From the IMG/VR virus record IMGVR_UViG_3300045988_165665, positions 1 to 46,813 of that record: 46,813 nucleotides of DNA; one strand, written 5' to 3'. Positions 24,701 through 34,493 of the stretch are shown piece by piece. The position numbers were made by a program, and so were the translations under genes. The notes beneath the pieces were generated by a model. It was not told the DNA's origin. It made no database searches and saw nothing but the letters and a program-made list of their open reading frames with translations. Position 1 is the stretch's first letter, and every line of letters begins with the position of its first letter. The stretch comes from a virus.

Positions 24701-25582
24701 TATATATTGCAAGTCATTTATAAATTGCGGATTTATTTGTATTTGTTTAGTGGTTTCATCAACAGGCAGTAAATAATTCCCTATTTCACCCATTTGTGCT
24801 TTTACAGCTTCAAATATAGGTTCAAAACCTTCTGCCGCTCCACGAGTAAGACCTTCTTTTATTTGGTCAAATTTGCCTTTAAAAGTATTTTGTGTATACT
24901 CGGACGCTTGTCTAAAACCTTCTAAACGTTCCATCAAGAAATTGAATAAGCCTTGAGAACTACTTTTAGCAGCTTCTATATCTTTATCTGTAAGACCTAA
25001 AGCTGTTGCTAAAGTAGAACTAGCAGGCTGTATTCCACCTTGTACTAAATCTCTTAATTCTTGGACTAATTGCGTACCATCTAAACCTAAAGATTTTACC
25101 GCATTAACACCTGTAGTAGTGAGTTGAATTATCTGGTCTACATCCATACCAGCACCAAGACCAGGACCTAATAAAGCTCTAAATGTATTTACTAATTCTT
25201 CACTTGTTGAAGCTGTTCTCAATGCTTCATCATTTAATTTTTTCATAATACTGCCAGATATTCCCATAGCAGTATTAAAATCTAAAGCATTTCCTTTTAA
25301 TGTGGTCATGCTAGATAAGATACCAGCCATACCGACTTGGTTTGTTTCCATGCTAGTATAGAATGTTCCTACAGCTCCAATAGTATTATGTATGGCTGTA
25401 GTGAGTGCTTCAAATCCAGCTATTCCTGCTGTTATACTAGCTGTATCTATTGCAAAGTTTTTTAATCCACTTAAACTATCTAAGGCTTTAGATGCCCTTT
25501 GGCTACTTTGTGCCACCTGCTTTAAGGTTGCAGAGGCATTATCCCTAGCATTTATTCGTATTGTTACATCATTTCTGGCCAT
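21737..25582 (-). CDS. Tape measure protein with internal lytic transglycosylase (SLT) domain
   Basis: 1281 aa, helical. KKESTFNPNAVSPSGQHFGLGQIS...AAYNAGAGNV is an SLT signature. Confidence 0.9.
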   Translation of the reverse strand: MARNDVTIRINARDNASATLKQVAQSSQRASKALDSLSGLKNFAIDTASITAGIAGFEALTTAIHNTIGAVGTFYTSMETNQVGMAGILSSMTTLKGNALDFNTAMGISGSIMKKLNDEALRTASTSEELVNTFRALLGPGLGAGMDVDQIIQLTTTGVNAVKSLGLDGTQLVQELRDLVQGGIQPASSTLATALGLTDKDIEAAKSSSQGLFNFLMERLEGFRQASEYTQNTFKGKFDQIKEGLTRGAAEGFEPIFEAVKAQMGEIGNYLLPVDETTKQIQINPQFINDLQYIANESLIIGGNIKEMFTPIASVGLPAITAFGNALVYVGENIQSIGLGLATWYVLRNISTYYVDITAAATGATTANTALGKAVLSVKTAYTEQALSARQTYTEEMLAAQQAATTVVAEEARKTAARQEANRAQMVAMAQQRTTYAAVQRATQAGYIELANTLQMLKVRYMELGVSAEQAGAMQVQAAKLAKAGQFELAQQVIATQQAHIKNAVVAEASSVAAVSGAGKAKSAVKTLGSAVLSLAGGWLGVAVAIGYATYQLADYIQQQGRIQSYNPNTIIRKNADGTYSKQIEMGPFGLIKGWKLLSPGEMEEHNYWTQWNEKNQKNAVGKPWLPWSTDNINDIGKDVGNIADTIQGLSTKFNTTDDEEEKKKKEKEKKLSQSDIKSQLLSEAGAYAPLIEIAAQDAGIAPEILAALVKKESTFNPNAVSPSGQHFGLGQISTAAANEVGVYGNLFDPQTNLVASARYLAKMMNMFGGNLELGLAAYNAGAGNVQDYGGVPPFAETQDYVATIMGYLKGEGLSGTGNKYITQFAKEKAEQLKAFQQLQDELNSKLTEETGTQYQVGMQKINEEIQKYQEQTRKMSNYGIDVSGLNEQIKQLQDLEKNKVIEKWRKSWQDLKDSIAETNSELTGNKLANYSIEYTKQLDKLDSERKEREKAVMQDPNDAVAKAAVDEWYNQQKELFLKEKNDKVREYLLKEYDLEVEHNKNLIELENNTVEQTNVLNREVLNKKLTYLQTELNRAKLTAQQRIDLENQIYETTRAINEIDSQNLLTAWPVALKEMQRDTTNYVELIESAFDSIEDNITDNFTNMLNGAESFSDGFVDIFENMAKEVQSVVMKQIVQQSIMKPLFSWLGNMMGMSIGGGGDTLTHIEGTGFTFRASGGPVESGSPYIVGEKGKELFIPNTDGTIVPNFKLNDYTATNKVVTQTSIPNVTVNVINQSGQNVTAKQEVKSSSPDNYVINVVLQAITQNKGGMKDAISAVAGRS

Positions 25583-25584
25583 AA

Positions 25585-25938
25585 TTACCTCCTCCTTTTA
25601 GCAGGCTTTTTCTTTGGTTTATTTTTTATTTTATTTAAAGTAAATGTTTCGATTGCATTTAATTTTTTTATATCACACGGATTTAGTTCCATGTCCATAT
25701 TCTTGGCCACAATATTTATTGCACTATAATCTAATCCTACAGGGCCTTCAAATCCATATTTCCACTGCGTAGAACATGCACACCATAATTCCCAAATTCT
25801 TATATTTTCAGGCAATAAAACAGGAGGATTGTATTCACATTTTTTACAATCCTCCTGTGTTTTACCTTTTAATTTTTTACAAGCTTGGCAATACTCTTGT
25901 TTTTCTAATACCCATTGCCAAGCTTCTACAAGTTTTTT
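25585..25938 (-). CDS. gpT-like extension reached by -1 frameshift from the chaperone gene (GT fusion)
   Basis: The -1 frame is open from the slippery site to 25585, checked codon by codon. The track ORF 25585..25815 is its 3' part. Confidence 0.7.
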   Translation of the reverse strand, partial: KKLVEAWQWVLEKQEYCQACKKLKGKTQEDCKKCEYNPPVLLPENIRIWELWCACSTQWKYGFEGPVGLDYSAINIVAKNMDMELNPCDIKKLNAIETFTLNKIKNKPKKKPAKRRR

Positions 25939-26261
25939 TCGGCTAAATTATCACTATATGTCATAGCAAAGCATTTTGTAGCAAATGCAGTACATAAACC
26001 ATTATCTAAATCATCAAAATTGAAATCTGGGAAAACATTATCTAAAATCCAATCCGTCATTTGTTCGTATAGTTTTTGTACTGTAGTATTTTCATCAATC
26101 TTTGCATAATATACATTTACTCCTGCTTCTGTCATATTTTTGCGTTCTTTTCTCGTTAACGCTCTATATTGTGGGAGTTTATTTTCTTTAATTAAATTCT
26201 GTAAGATTTCTAAATTTTTCTTAGCCTGTTCTCTTGCTTTTTCTACTTTTTCTTTTTCCAT
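25926..26261 (-). CDS. Tail assembly chaperone (gpG-like)
   Basis: 111-aa acidic protein lying between the tail tube and tape measure genes. Confidence 0.75.
   Translation of the reverse strand: MEKEKVEKAREQAKKNLEILQNLIKENKLPQYRALTRKERKNMTEAGVNVYYAKIDENTTVQKLYEQMTDWILDNVFPDFNFDDLDNGLCTAFATKCFAMTYSDNLAEKNL
25932..25938 (-). promoter_or_regulatory. Slippery heptamer A AAA AAC for the -1 programmed frameshift
   Basis: Minus strand reads gcc gaA AAA AAC ttg tag. The heptamer ends one codon before the G stop codon. Confidence 0.65.
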
Positions 26262-26272
26262 TTTTACTTACC

Positions 26273-27289
26273 TCACATCAATTTTTGGCTACTCATCATG
26301 GATGCAGATTCTACTGCTGGTATATCATAGCTTGCAATTTTATTTACAAGTTCAATCTGTACGGCTGTTTCATTTTCATTATCTTTATAAAATGCACCAT
26401 AATCCATTTCTATATATACACCTTCTGGGCCAGAAATACCTGGAGTATTTCTTTGGTAAACTACTTCAGGCAAGATAATAGTCAAACTTTCTTCACTATT
26501 GTTTATGGCTATTTCTAATTTTGTAGGTGTTCCTTTTTCTGCTTTTTCTATAACAGTATTATCTACAAAGAACGCTTTTAAACTTCCTGTAACGGTAGTA
26601 ATACCATCATTGATAAATGAACGATAACCTTTGCCACCAATAGCATAAGTATCTCCATCTAAGCCAAAATCTATATCTAAACTAAAATCTGTGCCTAAAT
26701 TACTTTCACTATCATCTTCTTTAAAAGTAACCTGGTCAAATTGCAGTTTGTTACCTACTAATGTCGGTGCATCAGCTTGCATACTGCTTCCTTCGCCGTC
26801 TACTTCTTTTACACCCATTATTGTTGTTTGTGCCGTAAGCTCATTATCTCCGCCAAAACTGAAAGACAATTTACTTATTTTACAACCAATATATTTTTTA
26901 TAAACACCTATATCTTGGAAACCTTGTTCCCATGTAAAAGACGGCATATCTTGGTTTAATTTAAACACGTGCTTATATTTATCGCCGCCAGCAGAAGTTG
27001 TTTCTGGTGGTCCAAAAGCAGCTTTTAAAAACATACCAATTTGTGCTGTATCTAATGGTGCTTCTACATCTCCCTGTACATCAATATTTCCACGATATGG
27101 TTCAGACGGATTTCGATTACCAGTGATTACATTAGAAGTATTTTGATTTTGTTGTGCTTGTACATTTGCACTAATAAAGTTTATTTTTATGCCTTTTTTA
27201 TGCTCACTATTTTCTACTCCTGGACTTTCTTCAAATTCCATGACGACTCTACCATGAGCACCCATTGCTTGAATAGACATTACTTTCAC
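26273..27289 (-). CDS. Major tail tube protein
   Basis: 338-aa beta-rich protein directly upstream of G/GT. Confidence 0.7.
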   Translation of the reverse strand: MKVMSIQAMGAHGRVVMEFEESPGVENSEHKKGIKINFISANVQAQQNQNTSNVITGNRNPSEPYRGNIDVQGDVEAPLDTAQIGMFLKAAFGPPETTSAGGDKYKHVFKLNQDMPSFTWEQGFQDIGVYKKYIGCKISKLSFSFGGDNELTAQTTIMGVKEVDGEGSSMQADAPTLVGNKLQFDQVTFKEDDSESNLGTDFSLDIDFGLDGDTYAIGGKGYRSFINDGITTVTGSLKAFFVDNTVIEKAEKGTPTKLEIAINNSEESLTIILPEVVYQRNTPGISGPEGVYIEMDYGAFYKDNENETAVQIELVNKIASYDIPAVESASMMSSQKLM

Positions 27290-27295
27290 ACTCCT

Positions 27296-27778
27296 TTAAA
27301 ATTCTACTCTTTCTGTTCCTATTACATGTGGTACGTTGATTGTAAGACTCATTTGCCCTGGGAATTGCGGATATTCTGTTAAACCATTAACACTATAATC
27401 TATTTGGTTTACAACAGAATTTTTTAGACTATTTACTACTGTATTTAATATTAATTGTCCTAGATTGTCTGCTTCATCTATTCCTACAAATTCTACTAAT
27501 TTATCTTGCGTTATCTCTTTATTAGAAATACACCACATTATATCTACTACATACGTAAATTGTTTTTGCGTTAATCCTTCTTGTTTTTCCCCTGGGACTA
27601 CTACTATATATGGGCAAGTATCTTGCGGTGGTGGTTGTTTTAAATCTGTACCTAAAAATACTATTTGTTCTTTTTCATAATGCTCTGTGCAATATTGCTT
27701 TATTTCTTCACTATCTGCCAATTTTTCGGCAAATAATCTTGTTAAATTTACTAGTGAAGCTGTTTTAAAAAATAACAT
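27296..27778 (-). CDS. Tail terminator/completion protein (by synteny)
   Basis: 160 aa, between the head-tail genes and the tube gene. Confidence 0.5.
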   Translation of the reverse strand: MLFFKTASLVNLTRLFAEKLADSEEIKQYCTEHYEKEQIVFLGTDLKQPPPQDTCPYIVVVPGEKQEGLTQKQFTYVVDIMWCISNKEITQDKLVEFVGIDEADNLGQLILNTVVNSLKNSVVNQIDYSVNGLTEYPQFPGQMSLTINVPHVIGTERVEF

Positions 27779-28401
27779 TATAATCCACCTGTTGTAATTC
27801 CTGTATTATATACTCTATATCTGCGATTGCTGGTCTTTGTTCCACGTAAGTTAGGATTTTGTATAAATTGCTCAATTTTAGTATTAAGGTAATTTACTAG
27901 CTGTGGCTCTAATACTACTGTCATTGGCCCAAATGTTGGTCTTGCTGGTATTTCTATTATCTTTTTATTGGTATATATTCTGCCTCTTAATAAGGCTCTA
28001 CGCATTTTTGGTGTTACATAGTAATAAATACCTTTTTCCATAATAGAACCAATCCTAACAGCTGTTCTGGATAACCATCCGACTGTTACTATACCTCTAT
28101 TCACTTCTTTAGTATCGTAACCAACGGCATTACGCAATCTACCCATAGGCAAATATCTACTTTTTGTTTTTTTACGAAAAGCCTTATCCATTTGCCTACG
28201 TTTAGATGGCTTTATCAAGTCTTGATATTTTTTACCGCCAGGAGCACCACTTCTTATCCCTTTTTTTATTTCTTGCTGTGAATGCCAGCCCAAAGATTTT
28301 AAAGCTCTTTTATAAAAAACTGGATACGCTTCTGCATAGTAATCTAATTTATTAAGTGCCTCATCTTCTACAGAAACTCTAACTAAATTAATATCTGCCA
28401 T
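27778..28401 (-). CDS. Head-tail joining / neck protein (by synteny)
   Basis: AGGTGG RBS before ATG 28401. Basic protein. Confidence 0.5.
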   Translation of the reverse strand: MADINLVRVSVEDEALNKLDYYAEAYPVFYKRALKSLGWHSQQEIKKGIRSGAPGGKKYQDLIKPSKRRQMDKAFRKKTKSRYLPMGRLRNAVGYDTKEVNRGIVTVGWLSRTAVRIGSIMEKGIYYYVTPKMRRALLRGRIYTNKKIIEIPARPTFGPMTVVLEPQLVNYLNTKIEQFIQNPNLRGTKTSNRRYRVYNTGITTGGL

Positions 28402-28732
28402 ACATTCCACCTGTCCTTGGCATTACAGACTTATTAGCTTCTGCTTCTAGTTTAATAATAAAGCCGTTATCCCAAATAGAGCGGATAACGGCATATTTTT
28501 TACCATCATGTGTTATTTCATCATTTGCTTTATAGCCTTTTACATCTTCTTTTAGAACTAAGAAATATTTTACATCTCTAGTTCCTACAGATTTATAATC
28601 TCCTCTTATATTTGTTTCTCCAGAAACTACTATAGCTTTTATTTCTTTCTCATTAAAAACTACCATTTCTGCAAATTCATCAATATTTAAGAGATTATTT
28701 GCATCTTGCTTCATTTGTTCTTTTAGGTTCAT
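28388..28732 (-). CDS. Head completion/adaptor protein (by synteny)
   Basis: 114 aa, follows the decoration-like gene. Confidence 0.45.
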   Translation of the reverse strand: MNLKEQMKQDANNLLNIDEFAEMVVFNEKEIKAIVVSGETNIRGDYKSVGTRDVKYFLVLKEDVKGYKANDEITHDGKKYAVIRSIWDNGFIIKLEAEANKSVMPRTGGMYGRY

Positions 28733-28738
28733 TTTTCA

Positions 28739-29077
28739 TTAACCAATTTTTACAACAACAGATGTTCCAGACTCTTCTTTGTGGGAAATAGCAATACCTG
28801 CTGGAACATTAGATAATTCTGTTTTATTTATATTATTATCGCTTGTACTCCAGTAAACGGCATCACCTGGTTTTATTTCTAAAGATGTTGCAGCTGGTAA
28901 TTCCCATGCACCATTAAGATATAAACTACCAACTGCTTTATCTGGGATTACCTCACCTGCAATCCCAATACAATTAGCTAAAGGTACAACTTGGTTATAT
29001 TCAATCTGTGCACCTGTTTTATTTTCATAGTCAATTGTTTCACCTTTTTGTATATATGTTGCTATAATATTTGCCAT
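28739..29077 (-). CDS. DUF2190-like capsid decoration/cement protein
   Basis: VVPLANCIGIAGEVIPDKAVGSLYLNGAWELP...GDAVYW matches the DUF2190 pattern. Follows the capsid gene. Confidence 0.6.
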   Translation of the reverse strand: MANIIATYIQKGETIDYENKTGAQIEYNQVVPLANCIGIAGEVIPDKAVGSLYLNGAWELPAATSLEIKPGDAVYWSTSDNNINKTELSNVPAGIAISHKEESGTSVVVKIG

Positions 29078-29092
29078 TTTTAATTCCTCCTA

Positions 29093-30970
29093 TTATTCTG
29101 CTGCATTACCATCAGATTTATAAAGACCTCTATAATCTACTAAATCTACACCCACATCTAAATAAACACGATATTTTACACCTAAGCTATCAAAATCGTC
29201 TGCTCTTTCAATGATTGGAGTTTGAACACCATTCAAATAAGAAACTTTGATAGATTGATATCTACCTCTTGCCGCTGCCAAATACCATTCTTGTGCATTT
29301 GTAATATATGGATCGGATATTACTGTTAATCTATTAAAGAATGGATTTGGTGTATTGTTATATTTAGTTGGATCTACACTAGAACCTACAAGCTGTGTAG
29401 CTTCTACTTCTAATTCTGTTGGTACAATTAAAAAGCCTGGTTGAATATTTAAATAAGCCTTTCCGCTAATATCTGTTTGTTTAGACATAGCAGATTTTGC
29501 AGCAGCTAAACTATTAATGCTAATTTTACCTGTACCTAAATTATTATGTTTAGATTTATCAAATAAGGCTACATTATCAATTTTAGTATCTTTTCCTGTT
29601 AAAAGTTTATAACACATTTGATTTATCATGCGTTTAGAAGATTCGCCAAATAAAGCCATCACCTCTGTAAATGCTCCTAAATCATCATTGATTAGTGCTT
29701 TTCTTGTGATTGCAAAGCTTGCACCATAAGTGTCTAATTGTGTATTTACTTTTGTTTCTTTAAATGATTTATTTTTAAATTCTCCAGCTTCTGTCATTTT
29801 TTCTAATACATCTGCACTAGATAATTGTACTTGTGTAGTTGGTTTAAAATCTTTATTACTGCCTACAGCAGTCCAAAACTGGAATGTTGTTGGTGCTTCT
29901 TCATAGGAACTTTGAAGTGTTTTATTGGCCACATTAGATAAGATTATTGGAAATGCTCCTGTACCTTCTAATGCACGCTCAAAAATATCAACATCTCTAG
30001 CATTACGCATATCCTGACCAGTTTGTCTAAAAATAGACTCTTCCGCCAATCTCAATAGAGATTTTCCTGCAAATTCTCTAGCACCATCTACAGGTTTATC
30101 TACTCTAAGACCAACACGTATAGATAATCCATCTGTAGCTGCACGTTTAAATTTATCAATTTCTTCTGTTCCAACTTGAACACTTGCAGTTGTATTAACA
30201 GGTGTTGTATTTCTAGCTAATTCTTCTAATATAGATTTTCTAGCATCTTCAATGCTTGTTCCATTATCAATTAAATTATCAAAAAACTTCTGGTCTAAAT
30301 TAAAAGAGCGTGCCATTTGTCGAATTTCTTTGACTCTTTCACGCTCTTCTTCTAATTTTCTTTGTAATTCCTCATTGTCATTTCTCTGACTATTATCTTG
30401 TACATTATTATCTTTTACATTTTTATTTTCTGGCATATTTATTTCCCCATTATCTTCTTCTGAAAAACTTCTTCCTACTCCTACTGTTGGATCAGCTGGT
30501 ACACTAACAATAGAAATTTCATATGGCATCCATCTAGTAGCTATAGAACAAGGTCCTTGAAATCTTCCATCTGTGCTTACTGCTCCTTGTTCTACTTCTT
30601 CCCAGTTATTTACTCTATAACCAACAGAAACTCCTTTTAATGTTCCAGATTTTACCTTCTGGTAAATCTTTTCACTATCCTCATCAGTATCAAAAACTAC
30701 TTTAGCTTTACCTCGATTATTTTCTACCCATGCTTTTTCTATTCTACCTATAACTTTGTCATAATCATGGTTAAAAAGTAATACTCCAATTTGATTTAAT
30801 CTTGTTAAATCAATACTTTCGCTTTTATGCTCTAGTATTTCTGTGCCAAACCATCTATCGTATGGTTCTTCACTACTGAAGGATAATTCTATACTTCGTT
30901 CTTCTTCATTTACACTATCAAGATTAAATTCCCTAGATAAATTTCCTTGCTTACTCTTGTTTAGATCCAC
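29093..30970 (-). CDS. Prohead protease - major capsid protein fusion (HK97 fold)
   Basis: N-terminal about 170 aa resemble an HK97-type prohead protease. C-terminal about 350 aa are capsid-like. No separate capsid gene is present. Confidence 0.7.
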   Translation of the reverse strand: MDLNKSKQGNLSREFNLDSVNEEERSIELSFSSEEPYDRWFGTEILEHKSESIDLTRLNQIGVLLFNHDYDKVIGRIEKAWVENNRGKAKVVFDTDEDSEKIYQKVKSGTLKGVSVGYRVNNWEEVEQGAVSTDGRFQGPCSIATRWMPYEISIVSVPADPTVGVGRSFSEEDNGEINMPENKNVKDNNVQDNSQRNDNEELQRKLEEERERVKEIRQMARSFNLDQKFFDNLIDNGTSIEDARKSILEELARNTTPVNTTASVQVGTEEIDKFKRAATDGLSIRVGLRVDKPVDGAREFAGKSLLRLAEESIFRQTGQDMRNARDVDIFERALEGTGAFPIILSNVANKTLQSSYEEAPTTFQFWTAVGSNKDFKPTTQVQLSSADVLEKMTEAGEFKNKSFKETKVNTQLDTYGASFAITRKALINDDLGAFTEVMALFGESSKRMINQMCYKLLTGKDTKIDNVALFDKSKHNNLGTGKISINSLAAAKSAMSKQTDISGKAYLNIQPGFLIVPTELEVEATQLVGSSVDPTKYNNTPNPFFNRLTVISDPYITNAQEWYLAAARGRYQSIKVSYLNGVQTPIIERADDFDSLGVKYRVYLDVGVDLVDYRGLYKSDGNAAE

Positions 30971-32435
30971 TTATTTTTCCTCCTCCTTCTATATTTTGTA
31001 CATGATTTGATTGTGCAGCCTGTACTGCTTCAGGAGTGTGAATATTTAATTTTAGTCCCAGTTTTTCGGCATATTCTTTTTCTCTTGCCATCTGGTCTAG
31101 TTGGCTTTGCCAATCATCTCCACGTTCTGCACACCATTGTGAAAGTGTTTTACCGCCATTTTGCATAGCTTTAATATCTGCATTTACTTCTTTTTCTGGA
31201 TCTATCCAAGACCAGCCTGGAGCAATCCAAGCACTATTTGTATATTTTTCCTTATTAGTGAAGAAATCTTTTATATTTATAAGACCTTTTAATACACAAG
31301 CTTCTACAAAATCACTCCATATAGGATTACAAAAATGCTCTATCATGTATTTTTGTATAGGCTTAAATGTCATTTGGTCCTCAAGTAATCCTTGTCTTGC
31401 AGAAGAGAAGTTTGCATTATTAAAATCTCGGCTTACTAATTCATATGATAAACCAGCTCCTGCTCCCATTAATCTTTGTTGTAGATTTACAACATCTCTT
31501 GCAGATGTCATAGAACGGCTAGGATTTGCTGTTTCTATACTTTCACCTTGATTTAAATAGCTAATCATTCCAGGATGTATTTCTTCTATTCTATTTTTAT
31601 CATTTTCAGCATATTGATTATAACCACCATTATTTCTTTTGATAAAAATAGAAAAACAAGCCGCTATCTTAGCACTCATTGTTTCAGCATCCAAAAAATC
31701 TTCTATTGATTTTGTTCGTTTTATAAGTGGTGCTAACTCTGAAATACCTCTTATTTGTTCTGGGCTTGTCTTATCAAACAAATGTATCATGTTTTCTGCT
31801 TTTACTCGTTTAGAGTCCAAGGTTAAAAATCCATCTGGTGTTTTTTGTAATATCCAATAAGCAACTGGTTTTAAATAAGATGTTACCTCTACACCAGAAC
31901 GCACAACATTTTTGCCATTTCCATTAAATCTACTAGTATCTAATAAATCTGTCTTGATAACCTGCAATTTAAGCGGTATTTCAGCATTATTATCATAGAC
32001 TTTATTTACTAGGATTTCTCCATCTACAAATCTACGCAATAATAACATTTTTTGTAGTTCATAAAACGTACTTTGCCCTGTTATATCACAGTTTGTAGTT
32101 GCCCATTTTTTCCATAGTTCTTCTAGTTTATCGTCTAAATCTTTACTCCCTGTACGTGCCTGCGGTTTTATGCCTGTGCCAATTACATTACGTAAAAAAG
32201 CAGATATTAAACTATTAGCAATATCACTATTTCTTTCTAGATATCTTGCTCTAGCTTTTATTATGTCCCTTTCAGGTGCTGCCATATTTTCATCATCACC
32301 ATTTAGGGCTCGCCAACTATCTGTGAAGCGGTTCATTTCGCCTGCTTCATAGTATTTCAGCATTTGTTTAGCATACATTCTTTTCAATGCCGTACCAGGA
32401 GAGATAAACGCTACTATTTTTTCTAATACATTCAT
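30951..32435 (-). CDS. Portal protein, lambda gpB family
   Basis: 494 aa. RARYLERNSDIANSLISAFLRNVIGTGIKPQ matches the lambda-portal N-terminal motif. Position is W-B. Confidence 0.8.
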   Translation of the reverse strand: MNVLEKIVAFISPGTALKRMYAKQMLKYYEAGEMNRFTDSWRALNGDDENMAAPERDIIKARARYLERNSDIANSLISAFLRNVIGTGIKPQARTGSKDLDDKLEELWKKWATTNCDITGQSTFYELQKMLLLRRFVDGEILVNKVYDNNAEIPLKLQVIKTDLLDTSRFNGNGKNVVRSGVEVTSYLKPVAYWILQKTPDGFLTLDSKRVKAENMIHLFDKTSPEQIRGISELAPLIKRTKSIEDFLDAETMSAKIAACFSIFIKRNNGGYNQYAENDKNRIEEIHPGMISYLNQGESIETANPSRSMTSARDVVNLQQRLMGAGAGLSYELVSRDFNNANFSSARQGLLEDQMTFKPIQKYMIEHFCNPIWSDFVEACVLKGLINIKDFFTNKEKYTNSAWIAPGWSWIDPEKEVNADIKAMQNGGKTLSQWCAERGDDWQSQLDQMAREKEYAEKLGLKLNIHTPEAVQAAQSNHVQNIEGGGKISGSKQE

Positions 32436-32656
32436 CTCATTACTATTTTGGCAAGTGTTCTATATCCTCTGCCATTAGTTTTTAGATTATTTAAACGCTG
32501 TATAAGAGTTTCTTCTCTATCATATAACGTTTTTAAATCTGCCCTAGTGAAGCTTATCTTTCCATCTGCTGTATAAGATTGCCCATTTTGTTCTACAGCT
32601 TCTATAGCTTTTTGTAGATTACTCAATTTTTCTTCTAATTGCGTTGCAGTTTCCAA
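32432..32656 (-). CDS. gpW-like head-tail joining protein
   Basis: 74 aa between terminase and portal. Pattern is like lambda W. Confidence 0.65.
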   Translation of the reverse strand: METATQLEEKLSNLQKAIEAVEQNGQSYTADGKISFTRADLKTLYDREETLIQRLNNLKTNGRGYRTLAKIVMR

Positions 32657-32676
32657 AATAGTTTCACCTCCTTAAA

Positions 32677-34476
32677 TTATTTAAGCCAATTTTTAGTATC
32701 ACCAAGCCAAGAATTAGCTTTATTTTGTTTTTTAGGCTTAGGTTTATATAAAACTGGTTCTTTTTCCATTAAATACCTCACTCCGCATACTTCCGCCAAT
32801 AATGCAGATATTGTTTCTACGTCTAGCATATGATTTTGTGCATGTGAGCTTATTTTTTCCCATTTTTGCGTTATCAATCCATTCTTTTTACGAACATCTA
32901 CCTTTTGTTCTGAACAAACTTGGTCGCAATAACGTCTGTCTATACCTTTATATACATTCCAACTCCCTTTATCGCCTGCTTCTATGGTTAATCTACCTGC
33001 GATAAAGTCTTTCATTTTATCTGTGTCATAGACATATAATTTCATGCCGTTTATCTGTGTTTTATCTATCAAAGACGTATTGTAATACGTATTCATGGAA
33101 CGACTTGAACCCTTTGTAGGAATACATAAACCGCCATGTCTAGCACACCATAGATAAACTTCATCTGTATTGTAACCAGCATCTATGCCACATCTATTTA
33201 TTTTGCGTATTTCTCCATTTGTATCTGCAAAATTACGCTCTAATATCTCATCTAGTTCTGTCCATGTTTCAGCTTTTCCATAATCCACTAGCCAACTTTT
33301 AAGACCAGCACCCCAAGCACGTACACCCCACCAAAAGTGGTCTACCTGTACGTCTATTCCTAAAGTAAGTATCTGTGCTTCTTCTGGCATAGTTCCACGT
33401 TCATAATTTAGCTGTTTTTCCATTACTAAATCTGAATTTAACTTACTAGCATTATTCTTCCATGGTTCAGCAAGCCATGAATTAATAAAGTTCATTAGCT
33501 GTTCTGGAGTATCTTTACTTTTTAAAAACATTTCCGCCACCTCGCCGAATGTTACCCATGGCGAATATATAGAATTTAAATGAAATGATATAGAACTAGC
33601 ATGACCTTTAGCTTTATTTTTAACTACCCATTTTCCTAATCTAAGCATTTCTGGCTTTTGCTTATCATAAATCGGCTGTTTACAATGCATGCACTGATAA
33701 TAAGCAGTATATTTAACTTCACTTGGTGTCGTATATTGTTCTGGCCACATTATGCCACCGCTTTCTCCCTTTTCTCTAGGTCGAAAAAATAGCGGTTGAT
33801 ACGTACCACAATGTGGACAAGGCACTTGATACTCCATTTGTAAATCTGCCTTTTTATAAGATTGCCAAATTACACCATCTTCTAATACTGGAGAAGATAC
33901 TTTTACTTTCTTTTTATTCCAGAATGTTTTTGTACGTTCTTCCGCCAGTGATATTGGATTTGCTTCATCACCTGACCATTTTGGATATTTTTCAGCTTCA
34001 TCAAAGAATACATATCTTACTGGTCGAGATGATAGATTTGATGGCGAATTAGCACCAGCAATAGCAATATACATTTCATCAAACTGTAGTTCATCTTGCT
34101 TACTTTTATCCTCACGGAATTTGTTTTTTAATGCTGGAGATAGATTAAACATAGGCTTTAATCTATTTTCTGCTGTAAAAATACCTAATTTATCCGTTGG
34201 ATAAACAACAATCATAGGACCTGGATCTTGGTCTATAGCATAACCTATCATATTTTGTTCTGCTGCTGTTTTCCCTATCTGTGTACCAGCAACAAAAGTT
34301 ATTTCTTGAAACTTAGGATTAGAAAATGCATCCATTATATCTCTTAAATATGGTGTCTTTGCTGTTCGCCATGGTCCAGGACTAGCCGAGTCTTTACCAG
34401 ATAATATTCTGTTTTCATCTGCCCATTCACTTACAGTTATTTTTTTAGGAGGCTTGAATATTTCTAAAGCCTCCAT
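32677..34476 (-). CDS. Terminase large subunit, lambda gpA family
   Basis: 599 aa. KTPYLRDIMDAFS and Walker A AGTQIGKT. Confidence 0.9.
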   Translation of the reverse strand: MEALEIFKPPKKITVSEWADENRILSGKDSASPGPWRTAKTPYLRDIMDAFSNPKFQEITFVAGTQIGKTAAEQNMIGYAIDQDPGPMIVVYPTDKLGIFTAENRLKPMFNLSPALKNKFREDKSKQDELQFDEMYIAIAGANSPSNLSSRPVRYVFFDEAEKYPKWSGDEANPISLAEERTKTFWNKKKVKVSSPVLEDGVIWQSYKKADLQMEYQVPCPHCGTYQPLFFRPREKGESGGIMWPEQYTTPSEVKYTAYYQCMHCKQPIYDKQKPEMLRLGKWVVKNKAKGHASSISFHLNSIYSPWVTFGEVAEMFLKSKDTPEQLMNFINSWLAEPWKNNASKLNSDLVMEKQLNYERGTMPEEAQILTLGIDVQVDHFWWGVRAWGAGLKSWLVDYGKAETWTELDEILERNFADTNGEIRKINRCGIDAGYNTDEVYLWCARHGGLCIPTKGSSRSMNTYYNTSLIDKTQINGMKLYVYDTDKMKDFIAGRLTIEAGDKGSWNVYKGIDRRYCDQVCSEQKVDVRKKNGLITQKWEKISSHAQNHMLDVETISALLAEVCGVRYLMEKEPVLYKPKPKKQNKANSWLGDTKNWLK

Positions 34477-34493
34477 GATGTATTTAGGGGAAA

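Noticed and set aside
21737-25582. Plus-strand ORFs inside the tape measure gene (22122..22337, 22795..23118, 23440..23622, 24223..24492, 24573..24776, 25392..25601), several of them Leu/Phe-rich
   Set aside because: They are antisense shadows of a long, well-supported minus-strand gene. They have no RBS, low-complexity hydrophobic translations and no independent signals.
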